Assembly (NCBI RefSeq): GCF_037042905.1 | Contig: NC_087251.1 | Span: 46,006,001-46,070,000, forward strand | DNA length: 64,000 nucleotides | Direction: 5' to 3' | From: Lytechinus pictus | Lineage: Eukaryota | Shown here: positions 1-12,696 of the stretch, in pieces | Layout of the letters: each line of letters starts with the position of its first letter | Position numbering within the stretch: position 1 is the first letter of the stretch | The notes under the pieces: generated by a model | Told to the model about the DNA's origin: nothing | Seen by the model: only the letters and a program-made list of their open reading frames with translations | Database searches by the model: none | Made by a program: the position numbers and the translations under genes

Positions 1-658
1 AAGGACGCCCAGCAGGACAAGAACATCAGAAACACCATGTTTGACGAGGCAGCCACGGAACTGAAAACTGGGATAACCTCACTGCAGAGGAAAGAGTACC
101 GCTGGAACTGCACTCTGAGGACTGCACACTCTCGTTCAATAAGATGAAGTCAGTGAGAAGGTACTTTCTTCAGTTGAAAAAGAGCTGTTTGAGCTAGGTG
201 CTGCATCTAAAGGACTCTCCTTTATGTCTGAATCTAACAGCATCATTAGATTCATCAAGACGACCTCAAAGGCATTTGCTCGTAAAAGCAATGTAAAGGC
301 ACTTGTAAAGGAATTTTTTTACTTGTACTTGTTAATTTCACCCCCTCCCCCAGCATACAGCACACTTCTACCAGATCAGTGCTCATCCTTAATTGCCGAC
401 ATTTCAAATAAATACTAGATTATTATATTTGAAATTTGCAATGAAAATCCACTTTTTGTAGGGAAAATCTGATTTTAAAGGTAATTAGTCTGTTTTTTTA
501 ATTTCATTTTTGATTTAAAAAAAAAAAATTAAATTCATGATATTATTTTAAAGATTTTTTTAAACTATTGAATGAGGAATAAAAACATCCATCCTAGAAA
601 CCAGTGGACGAAACAATCTAATTACAGTGAAGAATAGACATAGAAAGATGAAATTTAC

Positions 659-795
659 TTCTTTATCATAGTATTGTCTCTTCTTAGTTGTTCCTGGACG
701 TGTCTGACCTTCAGCAAAGAGATGATTGTAAGCATTTTCCGTGACCTTCAAGACCGATTCCTTCCCGATTGGCTGCAGGAAGTCATTCAGTTGTC
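659..795 (-). CDS. DICER1: Dicer exon 9 ([14 protein letters not shown]...[14 protein letters not shown]); gene continues beyond window start
   Basis: Matches GELDDHLMPVGKE...RPGSTKRRQ.Y.K. Phase 1 to 0, donor GTAAAT. Confidence 0.92.
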
Positions 796-877
796 CTGTA
801 CAATAAAACAAAAGAACCATACCAACATCATGTATCATTGCAGTAAAGAATCCATGGCCCCTATCTATTATATATTT

Positions 878-1682
878 ATCCATCCATCCATCCATCCATC
901 CATCCATCCATCCATCCATCCATCCATGCATGCATCCATCCACCCATCCAACATCCATCCATCCATCCACCCATCCATCCATCCATCCATCCATCCATCC
1001 ATCCATCGACCCATCCATCCATCCATCCATCGATCCACCCATCCATCCATCCATGCATCGATCCATCCATCCATCCATCCATCGATCCATCCATCCATCC
1101 ACCCATCCATCCATCCATCCATCCATCCATCCATCCATCCACCCACCCACCCATCCATCCATCCATCCATCCATCCATCCATCCACCCACCCATCCACCC
1201 ACCCATCCATCCATCCATCCATCGATCCATCCATCCATCCATCCATCCACCCACTCATCCATCCACCCACCCACCCATCCATCCATCCATCGACCCATCC
1301 ATCCATCCATCCATCGATCCACCCATCCATCCATCCATCCATCCATCCATCCATCCATCCATCCATCCATGCATGCATGCATCCATCCATCCATCCATCC
1401 ATCCTTCCATCCATCCATGCATGCATCCATCCATGCATGCATGCATCCATCCATCCATCCTTCCATCCATCCATCCATCGACCCATCCATCCATCCATCC
1501 ATCCATCCATGCAAGCATGCATGCATCCATCCATCCATCCATCCATCCATCCATCCATCCTTCCATCCATCCATCCTTCCATCCATCCATCCATGCATCG
1601 ATCCATCGATCCACCCATCCATCCATCCATCCATCCACCCATCTATCCACCCATCCATCCACCCATCCATCCATCCATCCAT
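878..1682 (+). repeat. (CCAT)n microsatellite array, left block
   Basis: Direct reading, with CCAC/GCAT/CGAT variants. Confidence 0.99.
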
Positions 1683-2417
1683 CATGGACCTATGAAAAGA
1701 TGGACGATTAACGCGAGCATTTCTTTGACCCAATGATAGTCACCGTCACCTGGTTATGCGCATCTTAATGAGAACATACAGGTGTTGTAACAATAGCAAT
1801 TACCATGACTACCAAGGGTATCTGATCACTCAAAGACGGAACAGTTTCCCGGTCTTGACTTTTGTTGGCTGATCCCCTGTTTCAGTATGTGCCTTTCAGT
1901 CAATTTGCTTCATATATGGATCAGCAAACTTGAGAAGCAGACGATTTTTATGATATAAAATATGATATTATTCGATCCGCTAACTACCGCTCACACATAA
2001 GGACCTCAATAACATTGAAAGATACACGATCTACACATGTTATGTGCCACGTATATCTGGAATATTATGGAGAAACTTGGGAAAATTGAATTTTAAATGG
2101 TAAACAATCACAATATTGCCTCTATATTAAAATATGCAGACATTTCCCCAAATAAAACACATGGAACTAAGATTAACAAAGGTAAACAAAAACTGCACAT
2201 CGATTATCCATTATTTCATTGATTTTCTATCAACTGCGCATATAATTTGTGAAATATAAATGTCCAATAACGAACTAATTCAGTCCCTTCTCACGGTGAC
2301 GATCATAGGACCAAAGAAGACTAGTATGAAGAGAATGTTATTCAGATGACAATTACCGTCACCTGTTAGTGAATTCATTATCTAAGCGATGAATGTCCAT
2401 CTCTTCATAGGTCCATG
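1683..2417. mobile_element. 735-bp TIR element embedded in the (CCAT)n array
   Basis: CATGGACCTATGAAAAGATGGAC ... GTCCATCTCTTCATAGGTCCATG inverted termini plus an inner IR (1721-1750 vs 2291-2318). Confidence 0.78.
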
Positions 2418-5400
2418 CATCCATCCACCCATCCACCCATCCATCCATCCATCCATCCATCCATCCATCCACCCATCCACCCATCCACCAATCTATCCAT
2501 CCATCCATCCATCCATCCATCCATGCATCCATCCATGCATGCATGCATGCATCCACCCATCCATCCACCCATCCATCCATCCATCCATGCATCCATGCAT
2601 CCATGCATCCATCCACCCATCCATCCGTCCATCCATCCATCCATCCATCCATCCATCCATCCATCCATGCATCCATCCATCCATCCATTCACCCATCCAC
2701 CCATCCATCCATCCACCCATGCATCCATCCATCCATCCATTCACCCATCCACCCATCCATCCATCCACCCATGCATGCATCCATCCATCCATCCATTCAC
2801 CCATCCACCCATCCATCCATCCACCCATGCATCCATCCATCCATCCATTCACCCATCCACCCATCCATCCATCCACCCATGCATGCATCCATCCATCCAT
2901 CCACCCATCCATCCATCCATCCATCCATCCACCCATCCATCCATCCATGCATCCATCCACCCATCCATCCATCCATCCATCCATCCACCCATCCATCGAT
3001 CCATCCATCAATGCATGCATCCATCCATGCATGCATCCATCCACCCATGCATGCATCCACCCATCCACCAATCCATCCATCCATCCATCCATCCATCCAT
3101 CCATCCATCCACCCACCCATCCATCCATGCATGCATGCATCCATGCATGCATCCATCCATCCATCCACCCATGCATGCATCCATCCATCAGTCCACCCAT
3201 GCATCCATCCATCCATCCATCCACCCATTCATCCATCCACCCATGCATCCATCCATCCACCAATCCATCCATCCATCCATCCATCCATCCATCCATCCAC
3301 CCACCCATCCATCCATCCATCCATCCACCCATCCATCCACCCATCCACCCATCCACCCATCCATCCATCCATCCATCCATCCACCCATCCACCCATCCAT
3401 CCACCCATCCACCCATCCATCCATCCATCCATCCATCCATCCACCCATCCACCCATCCACCCATCCATCGATCCATCGATCCATCCATCCACCATCCATC
3501 CATCCACCCATCCACCCATCCATGCATGCATGCATCCATCCATCCATCCACCCATCCATCCATCCACCCATCCATCCATCCATCGATCCATGCATCCATC
3601 CATCCATCCATCCATCCATCCACCCACCCATCCATCCATCCACCCATCCATCGATCCATCCATCCATGCATGCATCCATCCATCCATCCACCCATCCATC
3701 CACCCATTCATCCATCCATCCATCCATCCATCCATCCATCCATCCATCCATCCACCCACCCATCCATCCATGCATCCATGCATGCATCCATCCATCCATC
3801 CACCCATGCATGCATCCATCCATCAGTCCACCCATGCATCCATCCATCCACCCATTCATCCATCCACCCATGCATCCATCCATCCACCAATCAATCCATC
3901 CATCCATCCATCCATCCACCCATCCACCCATCCATCCACCCATCCATCCATCCACCCATCCATCCATCCATCCACCCATCCATCCACCCATCCACCCATC
4001 CACCCATCCATCCACCCATCCATCCACCCATCCATCCACCCATCCATCCATCCATCCATCCATCCATCCATCCATCCATCCATCCATCCATCCATCCATG
4101 CATCCATCCATCCATCCATCCACCCATCCATCCACCCACCCACCCATCCATCCATCCATCCATCCATCCATCCATCCATCCATCCATCCACCCATCCATC
4201 CATCCATCCACCCATCCATCCACCCATCCACCCATCCATCGATCCATCCATCAATGCATGCATCCATCCATCCATCCACCCATCCATCCATCCACCCATC
4301 CATCCATCCATCCACCCATCCACCCATCCATCCATCCACCCATGCATGCATCCACCCATCCACCAATCCATCCATCCACCCATCCATCCATCCATCCACC
4401 CACCCATCCATCCACGCATGCATGCATGCATCCATCCACCCATCCATCCATCCATCCATCCACCCATCCACCCACCCATCCACCCATCCATCCACCCATC
4501 CACCCATCCACCCATCCATCCATCCACCCATCCATCCATCCATCCATCCACCCATCCATCCATCCACCCATCCATCCATCCATCCACCCATCCACCCATC
4601 CACCCATGCATGCATCCACCCATCCACCAATCCATCCATCCATCCATCCACCCACCCATCCATCCACGCATGCATGCATCCATCCATCCATCCACCCATC
4701 CATCCACCCATCCACCCACCCATCCATCCATCCATCCATCCATCCATCCATCCATCCATCCATCCATCCACCCATCCATCCATCCACCCATGCATCCACC
4801 AATCAATCAATCAATCCATCCATCCATCCATCCATCCATCCATCCATCCATCCACCCACCCATCCATCCATCCATCCACCCATCCATCCATCCATCCATC
4901 CATCCATCCACCCACCCATCCACCCATCCATCCACCATCCATCCATCCACCCATCCATCCATCCATCCATGCATGCATGCATCCATCCATCCATCCATCC
5001 ACGCATCGATCCATCCACCCATCCATCCATCCATCCACCAACCCATCCACCCATCCATCCATCCATCCATCCATCCATCCATGCATGCATGCATCCATCC
5101 ACCCATCCACCCATCCATGCATGCATGCATCCATCCATCCATCCACCCATCCACCCATCCACCCATCCATCCATCCATCCATCCATCCATCCATCCACCC
5201 ATCCATCCATCCATCCATCCATCCATCCATCCATCCATCCATCCATCCATCCATCCATCCATCCATCCATCCATCCATCCATCCACCCATCCATCCATCC
5301 ATCCATCCATCCATCCACCCACCCACCCACCCACCCACCCATCCATCCATCCATCCATCCATCCATCCATCCATCCATCCATCCATCCATCCATCCATCC

Positions 5401-5500
5401 ATCCATCCATCCATCCATCCATCCATCCATCCATCCATCCATCCATGCATGCATCCATGCATCCATCCATCCACCCATCCATCCATCCATCCATCCATCA
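2418..5500 (+). repeat. (CCAT)n microsatellite array, about 3.1 kb
   Basis: Direct reading. Confidence 0.99.
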
Positions 5501-5675
5501 TAACTCTACATGTATTTACCAATCAAGTACCTACCTCATCATATCTCTATCTCCCATCCATCTAAAACTATACAACCCTGCATTTATCTACCCCTATCTC
5601 CTACCACCTCTCTATACATTTTACCATCTCCTATTCATTTGTCAAAAGAATATGATTCTAAAATCACATATTTAC

Positions 5676-5751
5676 CTGCTTTATGGAGAATCTCTGCAGT
5701 TTTAACAGCCACCGCCATGGTGGCCCATTTCTTACGCTTCATCCACTGACC
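5676..5751 (-). CDS. DICER1: Dicer exon 8, DUF283 end ([26 protein letters not shown])
   Basis: AG/GT boundaries, phase 0 to 1. Ends in LHK.G as in Dicer DUF283. Confidence 0.85.
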
Positions 5752-6189
5752 CTTAAAAATAAAAAAATATATCACTAACAACATTGAAATAAAATGTTAA
5801 AATCAATGTCATTGAAATAATGTCCATATTCAACCAACCATCCATCCTTCAACCATTGAATTGAATTGAATTGAATTGAACTGAATTGAATCCAAATGCA
5901 CAATTAAAAAATAAGGAAATCACATCATGATATACACATCATTATGCCATCAAAGATTTTTAAGTAATTACATCAAAATAAGGCATTCCACTTCAAAGGT
6001 ATAATTTCCTTTTCATGACTAGCCATTTCTTAAAGTGTACAATTTTTTTATATAATAGATTTATTTCAAACCACTATCAACATTCTTATTGCTAATGGTC
6101 ATTTTAATGCAAATTAACATTTTGGCCACAACCTAATAAAACTTTTAATAGTAGAAATAATACAGACACATATTCATGAAAGACGCCAA

Positions 6190-6430
6190 GATGTTGATGG
6201 TGAAGGTGGTGGTGATGATGGTGATGATGATGATGATGTTGATGTTGATGATGATGATGTTGATGATGATCATGATGGTGGTGAAGGTGGTGATGGTGGT
6301 GTTGAAGGTTGTGATGATGATGTCGATGTTGATGACGACGATGCTGATGATGTTGATGATGATGTTGACAATGATGATGATGATGTTGTCAATGATGATG
6401 ACGATGATCAATCATGATCATGATGATGAT
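6190..6430 (+). repeat. (GAT)n degenerate trinucleotide repeat
   Basis: Direct reading. Confidence 0.95.
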
Positions 6431-6594
6431 AACGAAAAAACATTTAAATAGCAGAAAATAAGTCGCATAGTAAATAGAATGAAATAGTTTTGCATTACTA
6501 CTGCAGTCAAAGTCCTGAATATCTATAACAGTTTTAGGAAACTCCCCCAGGACATCTACCCAAAGCCATTCCAGACATGATGCAGCATACTCAC

Positions 6595-6736
6595 TCTAAT
6601 GGGTTCCCTGATGGGTGAATTGATAGGTAACTGAAGAGTGGCCTGGAACTCTGGGCTGACTTCACCTTTCCTCTCCTCTATCTTGCAGGAAGCAGTAAGA
6701 TGGGTGAAGACATCACTAGGTAGCTTGGCACAGTAT
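6595..6736 (-). CDS. DICER1: Dicer exon 7, DUF283 (YCAKLPSDVFTHL...LQLPINSPIR)
   Basis: Diagnostic DUF283 motif YC.KLPSD.F..L and LPINSP. Phase 2 to 0, donor GTGAGT. Confidence 0.95.
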
Positions 6737-7075
6737 CTGTTGTCCATTAGAGTAAAAAGAAATGAGATACAGCTGAAAGCTTGTGAACATTCATTAAACA
6801 GCATCGACAAACGCAATTACTGGCATACTACATAGGCTCTTGCATCTCGCTAGGCACCCAGGCAACACCTGGGTAAGGAGTGGCAAAGTGGCAGGTGCAG
6901 ATTCATGCCTATGATCTCCTTATTCACTCTTGACTTCATAATAAAGCCTACCAATGGACTGGAATGCCCTGTAAAATAGACAATTCAATCATATGACTGT
7001 AGACCTACTTGTAAGATTAATGTTAACAATTATATTTAGACAAAAATTATTAAGATATAACAAACTTTTCAAGCC

Positions 7076-7258
7076 GGGTGGGTGTTTCATAAAGCTGTTC
7101 GTAAGTTAAGAGCAACTTTAAGAACGACTGGTGATCCTTTCTTGTGGTAAATATGCACCATTCAATGTTCATTGGTGATAGTTTAGCGCGTAAGAAAGGT
7201 TCACCAGTCGTTCTTAAAGTTGCTCTTAACTTACGAACAGCTTTATGAAACACCCTCC
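7076..7258. mobile_element. Hairpin MITE family A (GTTTCATAAAGCTGTTCG termini)
   Basis: 64-nt arms with a single mismatch. Multiple copies in the window. Confidence 0.9.
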
Positions 7259-7362
7259 TGATAAGATAAGACTTGAATCAGACCAATGGCCCCCTGTTAG
7301 ATAAAATTTTTTTTTTTTAAATGATGCAATACCACTGACTGGCTTTGCATAGATTAATTTAC

Positions 7363-7514
7363 CTGTTAATAATCTGGATAGCAGTGGTCATGGAGGCCCT
7401 GGGAGAACCTTCCTCATTCTTGGGGACATATGCAGGCATCTGCTGGTCAGCTAACAGAAGATCTACTTCCTCTTCTTTTTGCTGAATCTTCGATCTACTC
7501 TTCCTATTCAGAAC
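7363..7514 (-). CDS. DICER1: Dicer exon 6, pincer to DUF283 start (...PRASMTTAIQIINR)
   Basis: AG/GT boundaries, phase 0 to 2. Matches PRVTINTAIGHINR. Confidence 0.9.
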
Positions 7515-7557
7515 CTGTAAAATAATGACACAAATTATGATATCATACAATGACTAC

Positions 7558-8097
7558 TGGGCCCTGTCTTACAAAGAGTTGCGATTGATCCAATCAACCA
7601 CAACTATGGAAAGCCAGCAATGTCAACATCTAAAATCCATGTTTGCTCGAAATATTTTCTAGATGTGGTGTAAACTACTAATATATTCATATTCATTGAT
7701 ATCTTGATAATTCAGAGTGCTTCTCTTTGCTAACAAAGGACATTGTGCTACAAAAAATTATGACATCAATGGATTTCCATACAGTTGAGGTTGATTGGAG
7801 CAATCATAACTCTTTGTAAAGACAGGGCCCCGTTTTACAAAGAGTTGCAATTGATCCGATCAATCGCAACTATGGACGGCCAGCAAAGTCAACATATAAA
7901 CTGCTTGTTTGTTCAAAAAAATTTCTAGATATGAATGTATATCCATAAATTCATTGATTTCTTGACAGTTTGGTGTGTTCTCCTTTGTTTACAAAGGACG
8001 TTTGCAAATTTCCTGTAGAAAAAATTATGACACTAATGGATTTCCATAGAGTTAAGATTGATCTGATCAATCGTAACTCTTTGTAAGACAGAGCCCT
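7558..8097. mobile_element. Two adjacent copies of hairpin MITE family B (GGCCC.GTCTTACAAAGAGTT termini)
   Basis: Two about 270-bp homologous units, each with inverted termini. CTG flanks. Confidence 0.85.
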
Positions 8098-8865
8098 GGT
8101 GACTCAGCCTATTACTAGAATCCCTTGGGATCACAGAAATCTTGTTTTGACTTTGTCAAAATTTGGCTTGGAAGATGTTCAAACACATGTTTTGAATATT
8201 CCCTTTGGAAGCAAATGCTTCTAGTTAGGCAATTTCATTACTTATGGATGGTTGTATTACACAGGGTCTATTGTGTTTGTCCATCAATGACATCCATTGC
8301 CGGCAACTACCCTGCTTTGAGGGGAAGACCTGTCTTTAATGACGAGCCTTAAACCAAGCACACACTGTGCGATCCGATACGACACAATTTTTTCATAATT
8401 TGCATTTTGCATTGAATATGAAAGTTCCAAGAAGTAAAATTGTTATTTTTGAAGTTCGTCATAATGTTTGGAAAAATAAAATTATTTTACTTTGCAGCAA
8501 GCCCTGCGGTCAGAGAAATGTTCAAATCGGCTTCAAATCGCAGCCGATGATGAGATCATTACGAATACTGAATGTCGATTTCAGTTAATAGTTCTACCAC
8601 TTATTGGTTGGAATGTTTATATCAAATGTTATTACAATTTCTTTGAAATTTGAATCACAGCGGATTGCAGCAGCATAGTGTACACCTATGAATTAGTTGG
8701 TAATAAGTTGGTGTATACATGTATAAACCCCACTGCAATCCAGTTAGTGATGGGCTATCATGAGCATGTTACGTTACCTCCAATGGAGCCTAGATAGTCA
8801 TTTGGAGTAGCAATGGCATTGCATGGGCCATGAAGTGTGGTAAACTGCTTTAGCATTTAACAAAA

Positions 8866-9164
8866 TGGCTCGTATTCTGAAGTCGGGTTTAACTTAAACT
8901 CAGGTTTATAGTTGTGGTTTAAGTATGGATAGCCAATTGTTACATAAATCACTAACAGTAGAGTATTTAGCTCATTTGGCTCTCAAATCATTCATAATTG
9001 TCTAGGAAGTATAAATAGATGATTGTCTACACCAACAATGAATCAGGAAAGAGCACAGTAAACATAAGAAACATACAACTTAATACAAATTTCTTGGCTT
9101 CCCATAATTTTAGCACAGAGTTAGACCATTATCTAAGTTAAACCTGACTTCAGAATACGGGCCA
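8866..9164. mobile_element. Hairpin MITE family C
   Basis: tggctcgtattctgaagtcgggtttaactta ... taagttaaacctgacttcagaatacgggcca. Confidence 0.85.
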
Positions 9165-9785
9165 GTGAGTTTAATAATTGGAATGAAAAAAAAAAGACTT
9201 GATGGTGGAGCCCAGTTTTAACTATCATACTAAATCACAAATATTCATAGTTGTGTATAGTAATTCAGGTACACTGTAACTGTAATAGCTGTGAGAAAAT
9301 AGTGATATATTTTGTAAAACTTCGGGTAAATTAGGTTACCGAAAAATAAGAGAAAATTTATCTAAATTTCAAACCAAGGCAATGCTGTACACTTACAACT
9401 GCATGTACACATACTCATGTACTAAAGCACATCCACTGTAGTTTGAAATACATATGAAACTTACAGGTAAATAGTGTCATTGCAAATCGGTATCACTGAT
9501 TTTCCATTTTGGGGAAAATTGGGGGGGGGGGCATGATGGCATCAACTCTCTCATTCAGTATTTAAAAGGTACTTTGGAAGCCACATTCACTTTCATCATT
9601 TGAAATGTGCCACAAGATAAAGTTCTATGCAGATTGCAGAATCAGAAATGTCTGTGTTATTCCTTTAAATCACCGTGCAACAACAAAATAACTTCCTGAC
9701 AGACTTGAATAACCACAGCACACTGCCAAACTTGGCTCATATTCATCAGATTCATGACCCATACATCCATTCACTCATTTACAAG

Positions 9786-10087
9786 TATTGCGCAATAACA
9801 TCTTAGTGTTATCGATTTGGTGGAAGTATTGCGCAATATCGCCAGCATGGACACACTATAGAAGGGGTATTGTGCAATATCACCTACCTGGATACATGAT
9901 AGAAGGGGTATTGCGCAATATCAACTACATGAATACATGATAGAAGGGGTATTGCGCAATATCAACTACCTGGATACACGATAGAAGGGGTATTGCGCAA
10001 TATCACCTATCTGGATACACAATAGAATCAGTATTGCGCAATGGTTCATGTATGTTTCTCTATGAACTACAATATTGTGCAATATTA
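9786..10087 (+). repeat. 41-bp minisatellite, 8 units each with palindrome TATTG(C/T)GCAAT, inside a probable TIR element (about 9761-10110)
   Basis: Units start near 9786, 9826, 9867, 9908, 9949, 9990, 10031 and 10072. The flanks are imperfect inverted repeats. Confidence 0.9.
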
Positions 10088-10629
10088 AACGGGTGACGAA
10101 TGCTATGTATACAATGCAAATGTTTACTGTTTACTGTCTACTGAGCACTGTCTACAGAGGAAGTAGGGATACAAATAGAATTTTCAAAATCTCTAATAAC
10201 TTCATCTAACTGGAATCAAACAATAGTGTAAAAAGATAAATCATCACACTATTGGAATGTAGGAAAATCTGGTTTAGACTCTCTCAATTTACTACTTAAT
10301 TCTATTCGATTGTACTTTTCTATAGACAAAATCCTGAAACTTTCTAAATCCTCCAAAAAAAATCTGGAATTCCATTTTAAAAAATCCAGAAAATTTATAT
10401 CCCTGACAGATGCTCAGAGCAATTATCACTCTCTTCAACCCACACAATTCAAGTACCTTCTGAGGTTTCTTGCCTTTTCCTTTAGCAAACCTGACTGGAA
10501 CCAGTGAAATCTGAGCTCTGCTAAGCAAACGCCTAACATTGAAGAACAACATCTTTGCCTCCTAAAACTGAGAATCTATGGTTGAAAGTCCTGATTCCTT
10601 TTAGTGAAATGGGTCCTGATTCCTTTTAG

Positions 10630-11130
10630 TGAAATGGGTCCAATTTTTCTTTGAATGTTATATCAACAAAACTGGTGAAATCATGAAGTTCTCTTTAAAT
10701 ATCATGAAAACATGTTGAAGAAAAGAAAGCAACACCACTGTAGAGTGGCATAGATTCGTATCAGCAAAAAAAGTCCAATCACCAAGTTCTCTTTGAAATA
10801 GCATGACAGCATTTGGTAGAAAACAAAATAGCACCACTGTCAAGAGTCCTAGATTCATATGAGAAAAGCAGGTCTGACCATTAAGTTCTCTTTGAATATT
10901 TGACAGCCTTTGATAAAAACAAAGCAACACCACTGAAGAGAATCCTAGATTCCTCATCAGCAAAAACAGGTCCAAGTTTTCTTTAAATATTTGGCAGTAT
11001 TCTGTAGAAAGACAAAGTAGCACCACTGTCAAGAGCCCTAGACTCCTTTAAGAAATGCAGGTCCAATCACGATCTTCTCTTTGAATGTTATGACAGCACT
11101 TGGTAGAAAGCAAATCAACACCAAAGCATA
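10630..11130 (+). repeat. Degenerate tandem repeat, about 90-100 bp x 5
   Basis: aagttctctttgaa...gacagc..ttggtagaaa..aaagcaacaccactg..aagag.cctagattc recurring. Confidence 0.8.
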
Positions 11131-12508
11131 TTCCTGAGAGACATGACACACTCATTTTTAATCAGCTAGGGCTTCTTCCCCCCCCCCCCCTCTGACTTTT
11201 AAAGCCTCATCATTTCTTGCACTGTCTCTGAACGTTCTGCAAAACAGGAAACAGGTCCAAACATTCAGGATCGTGACAATGGCAGGAACATGAATCTCCT
11301 ATCCATGTGTAATTGAGCTGCTGCTCGTGTCTTTAAAGGGTGCCTTTAGAGACTCGTCATTTTACAATGAATTTTAAATCTTATAGCCTTCTTCTACTTG
11401 AAATAATAAAGTTATTCCATTCTACATATGAAAAAAGCTCTCATGATTTTGATTATGATAGGGATAATTTGTATTCACCCATTTTGTCAACTTTCCGTTT
11501 GGTCTCATCCAACTTGGGCTAATCCTACTTTGTGTACAACCGATTCATCGACTAACCATTTGGTCCGATTCTCATTTAGCCAATGTCCCATTTTGTCTAA
11601 TTTCCAGTTAGGAAATACCCACTTTGTCTAATATCCACTCGGTCTAACATAGTCTATAATGAACGAACTGTTTATGATTTAAATTTCAATTTAAAAAAGT
11701 AAAAGCAATAGGTATAGGAAGTGAAACATAGGCCAACCAGGCATTCAACTATATGAGCGTTAGACCAAGTGAAGAGTAGATGATTATACCAAACAGCTTT
11801 AGCTGATGTATTATCAGACTATCTCAGTAGACCAACTGCTTGTAAATAAAATGAATACAATACCTGTGAATCCATTCCCAAAGCTTCATTCTTTGCAAAC
11901 TTGACAAACTTGTCAATTATACCAAATTGATACCAGATCAACTGCTTGTAGACTAAGTAAATATATAACAAATAATGCACATTTATGAGTGTGTTATGGC
12001 AATGCAGTGCAATCAAGGATATTTGCAATATGCGACAAGAAGTGCTTGCAGCTTGCGCCACGTGCTTATGCATGTTATTGCAAATGGTGGATGCAGGGTT
12101 TGGGTTGCAATAGGGTTTTATGTTAGGTTTAGGGTAAGGCTTCATTTTTACGCGCTATGGGCAAAATGATGCACCCAAATTGCGCATTGCTGCAATGAAA
12201 TTGCGCAGCTAATAGGCTGCCTAGAATTAAAGCATGAACATGTGACTCGGCATACGCACCAACTCTTGACTACATCCTTGAACCCATTTTATAAAAACCA
12301 AGAATACAGAGAGCCAGAGACACCACTCACCCTTTCAAACTCCTGGTTGCCCTGCATGCATTTAAAGAATGGCTGCTAAGTGAGTATTTGACCAAGTGTG
12401 GTGCAGACTAAAAGACAATTAGACAAAATTTGACTATCATAGAAGTAGACCTACTACTTTTAGACCAAGTGAACATGAACCAAGGAAACAGAGGTACCAA
12501 TCACTCAC

Positions 12509-12696
12509 CCTTTCAAACTCCTGGTAGCTCTGCACGTCCTTGAGGAATGGCGGTACATCCGGTTCATCTATGAGCATGAGAAAGTGGGATGTAGGTGCCC
12601 TAGCCTTGGCCTTGGATTGCATGTAAGACTGGTAGCTGGTAGGTCGATCGAACCGCACCACGAGGTTGCAGCCATTGCAACGGGGAAGCTCCACAC
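12509..12696 (-). CDS. DICER1: Dicer exon 5, helicase motif VI (CNLVVRFD...YMQSKAKARAP)
   Basis: AG/GTGAGT boundaries, phase 1 to 0. Matches Dicer CNLVVRFDLP..Y.SY.QSKGRARAP. Confidence 0.95.

Noticed and set aside
560..5705. Very long ORFs (up to 1096 aa) of HPSI/MDGW repeats
   Set aside because: Artefacts of stop-free (CCAT)n frames within a Dicer intron. Only 659-795 and 5676-5751 are real coding exons.
9786..10087. CRISPR-like array (palindromic repeat at regular spacing)
   Set aside because: The 'spacers' are homologous to each other, there are no cas genes and the context is a eukaryotic intron. It is a minisatellite.
12095..12140. Telomere-like ttaggg/tttaggg motifs
   Set aside because: Too short and degenerate. 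More likely part of an interspersed repeat than an interstitial telomere.
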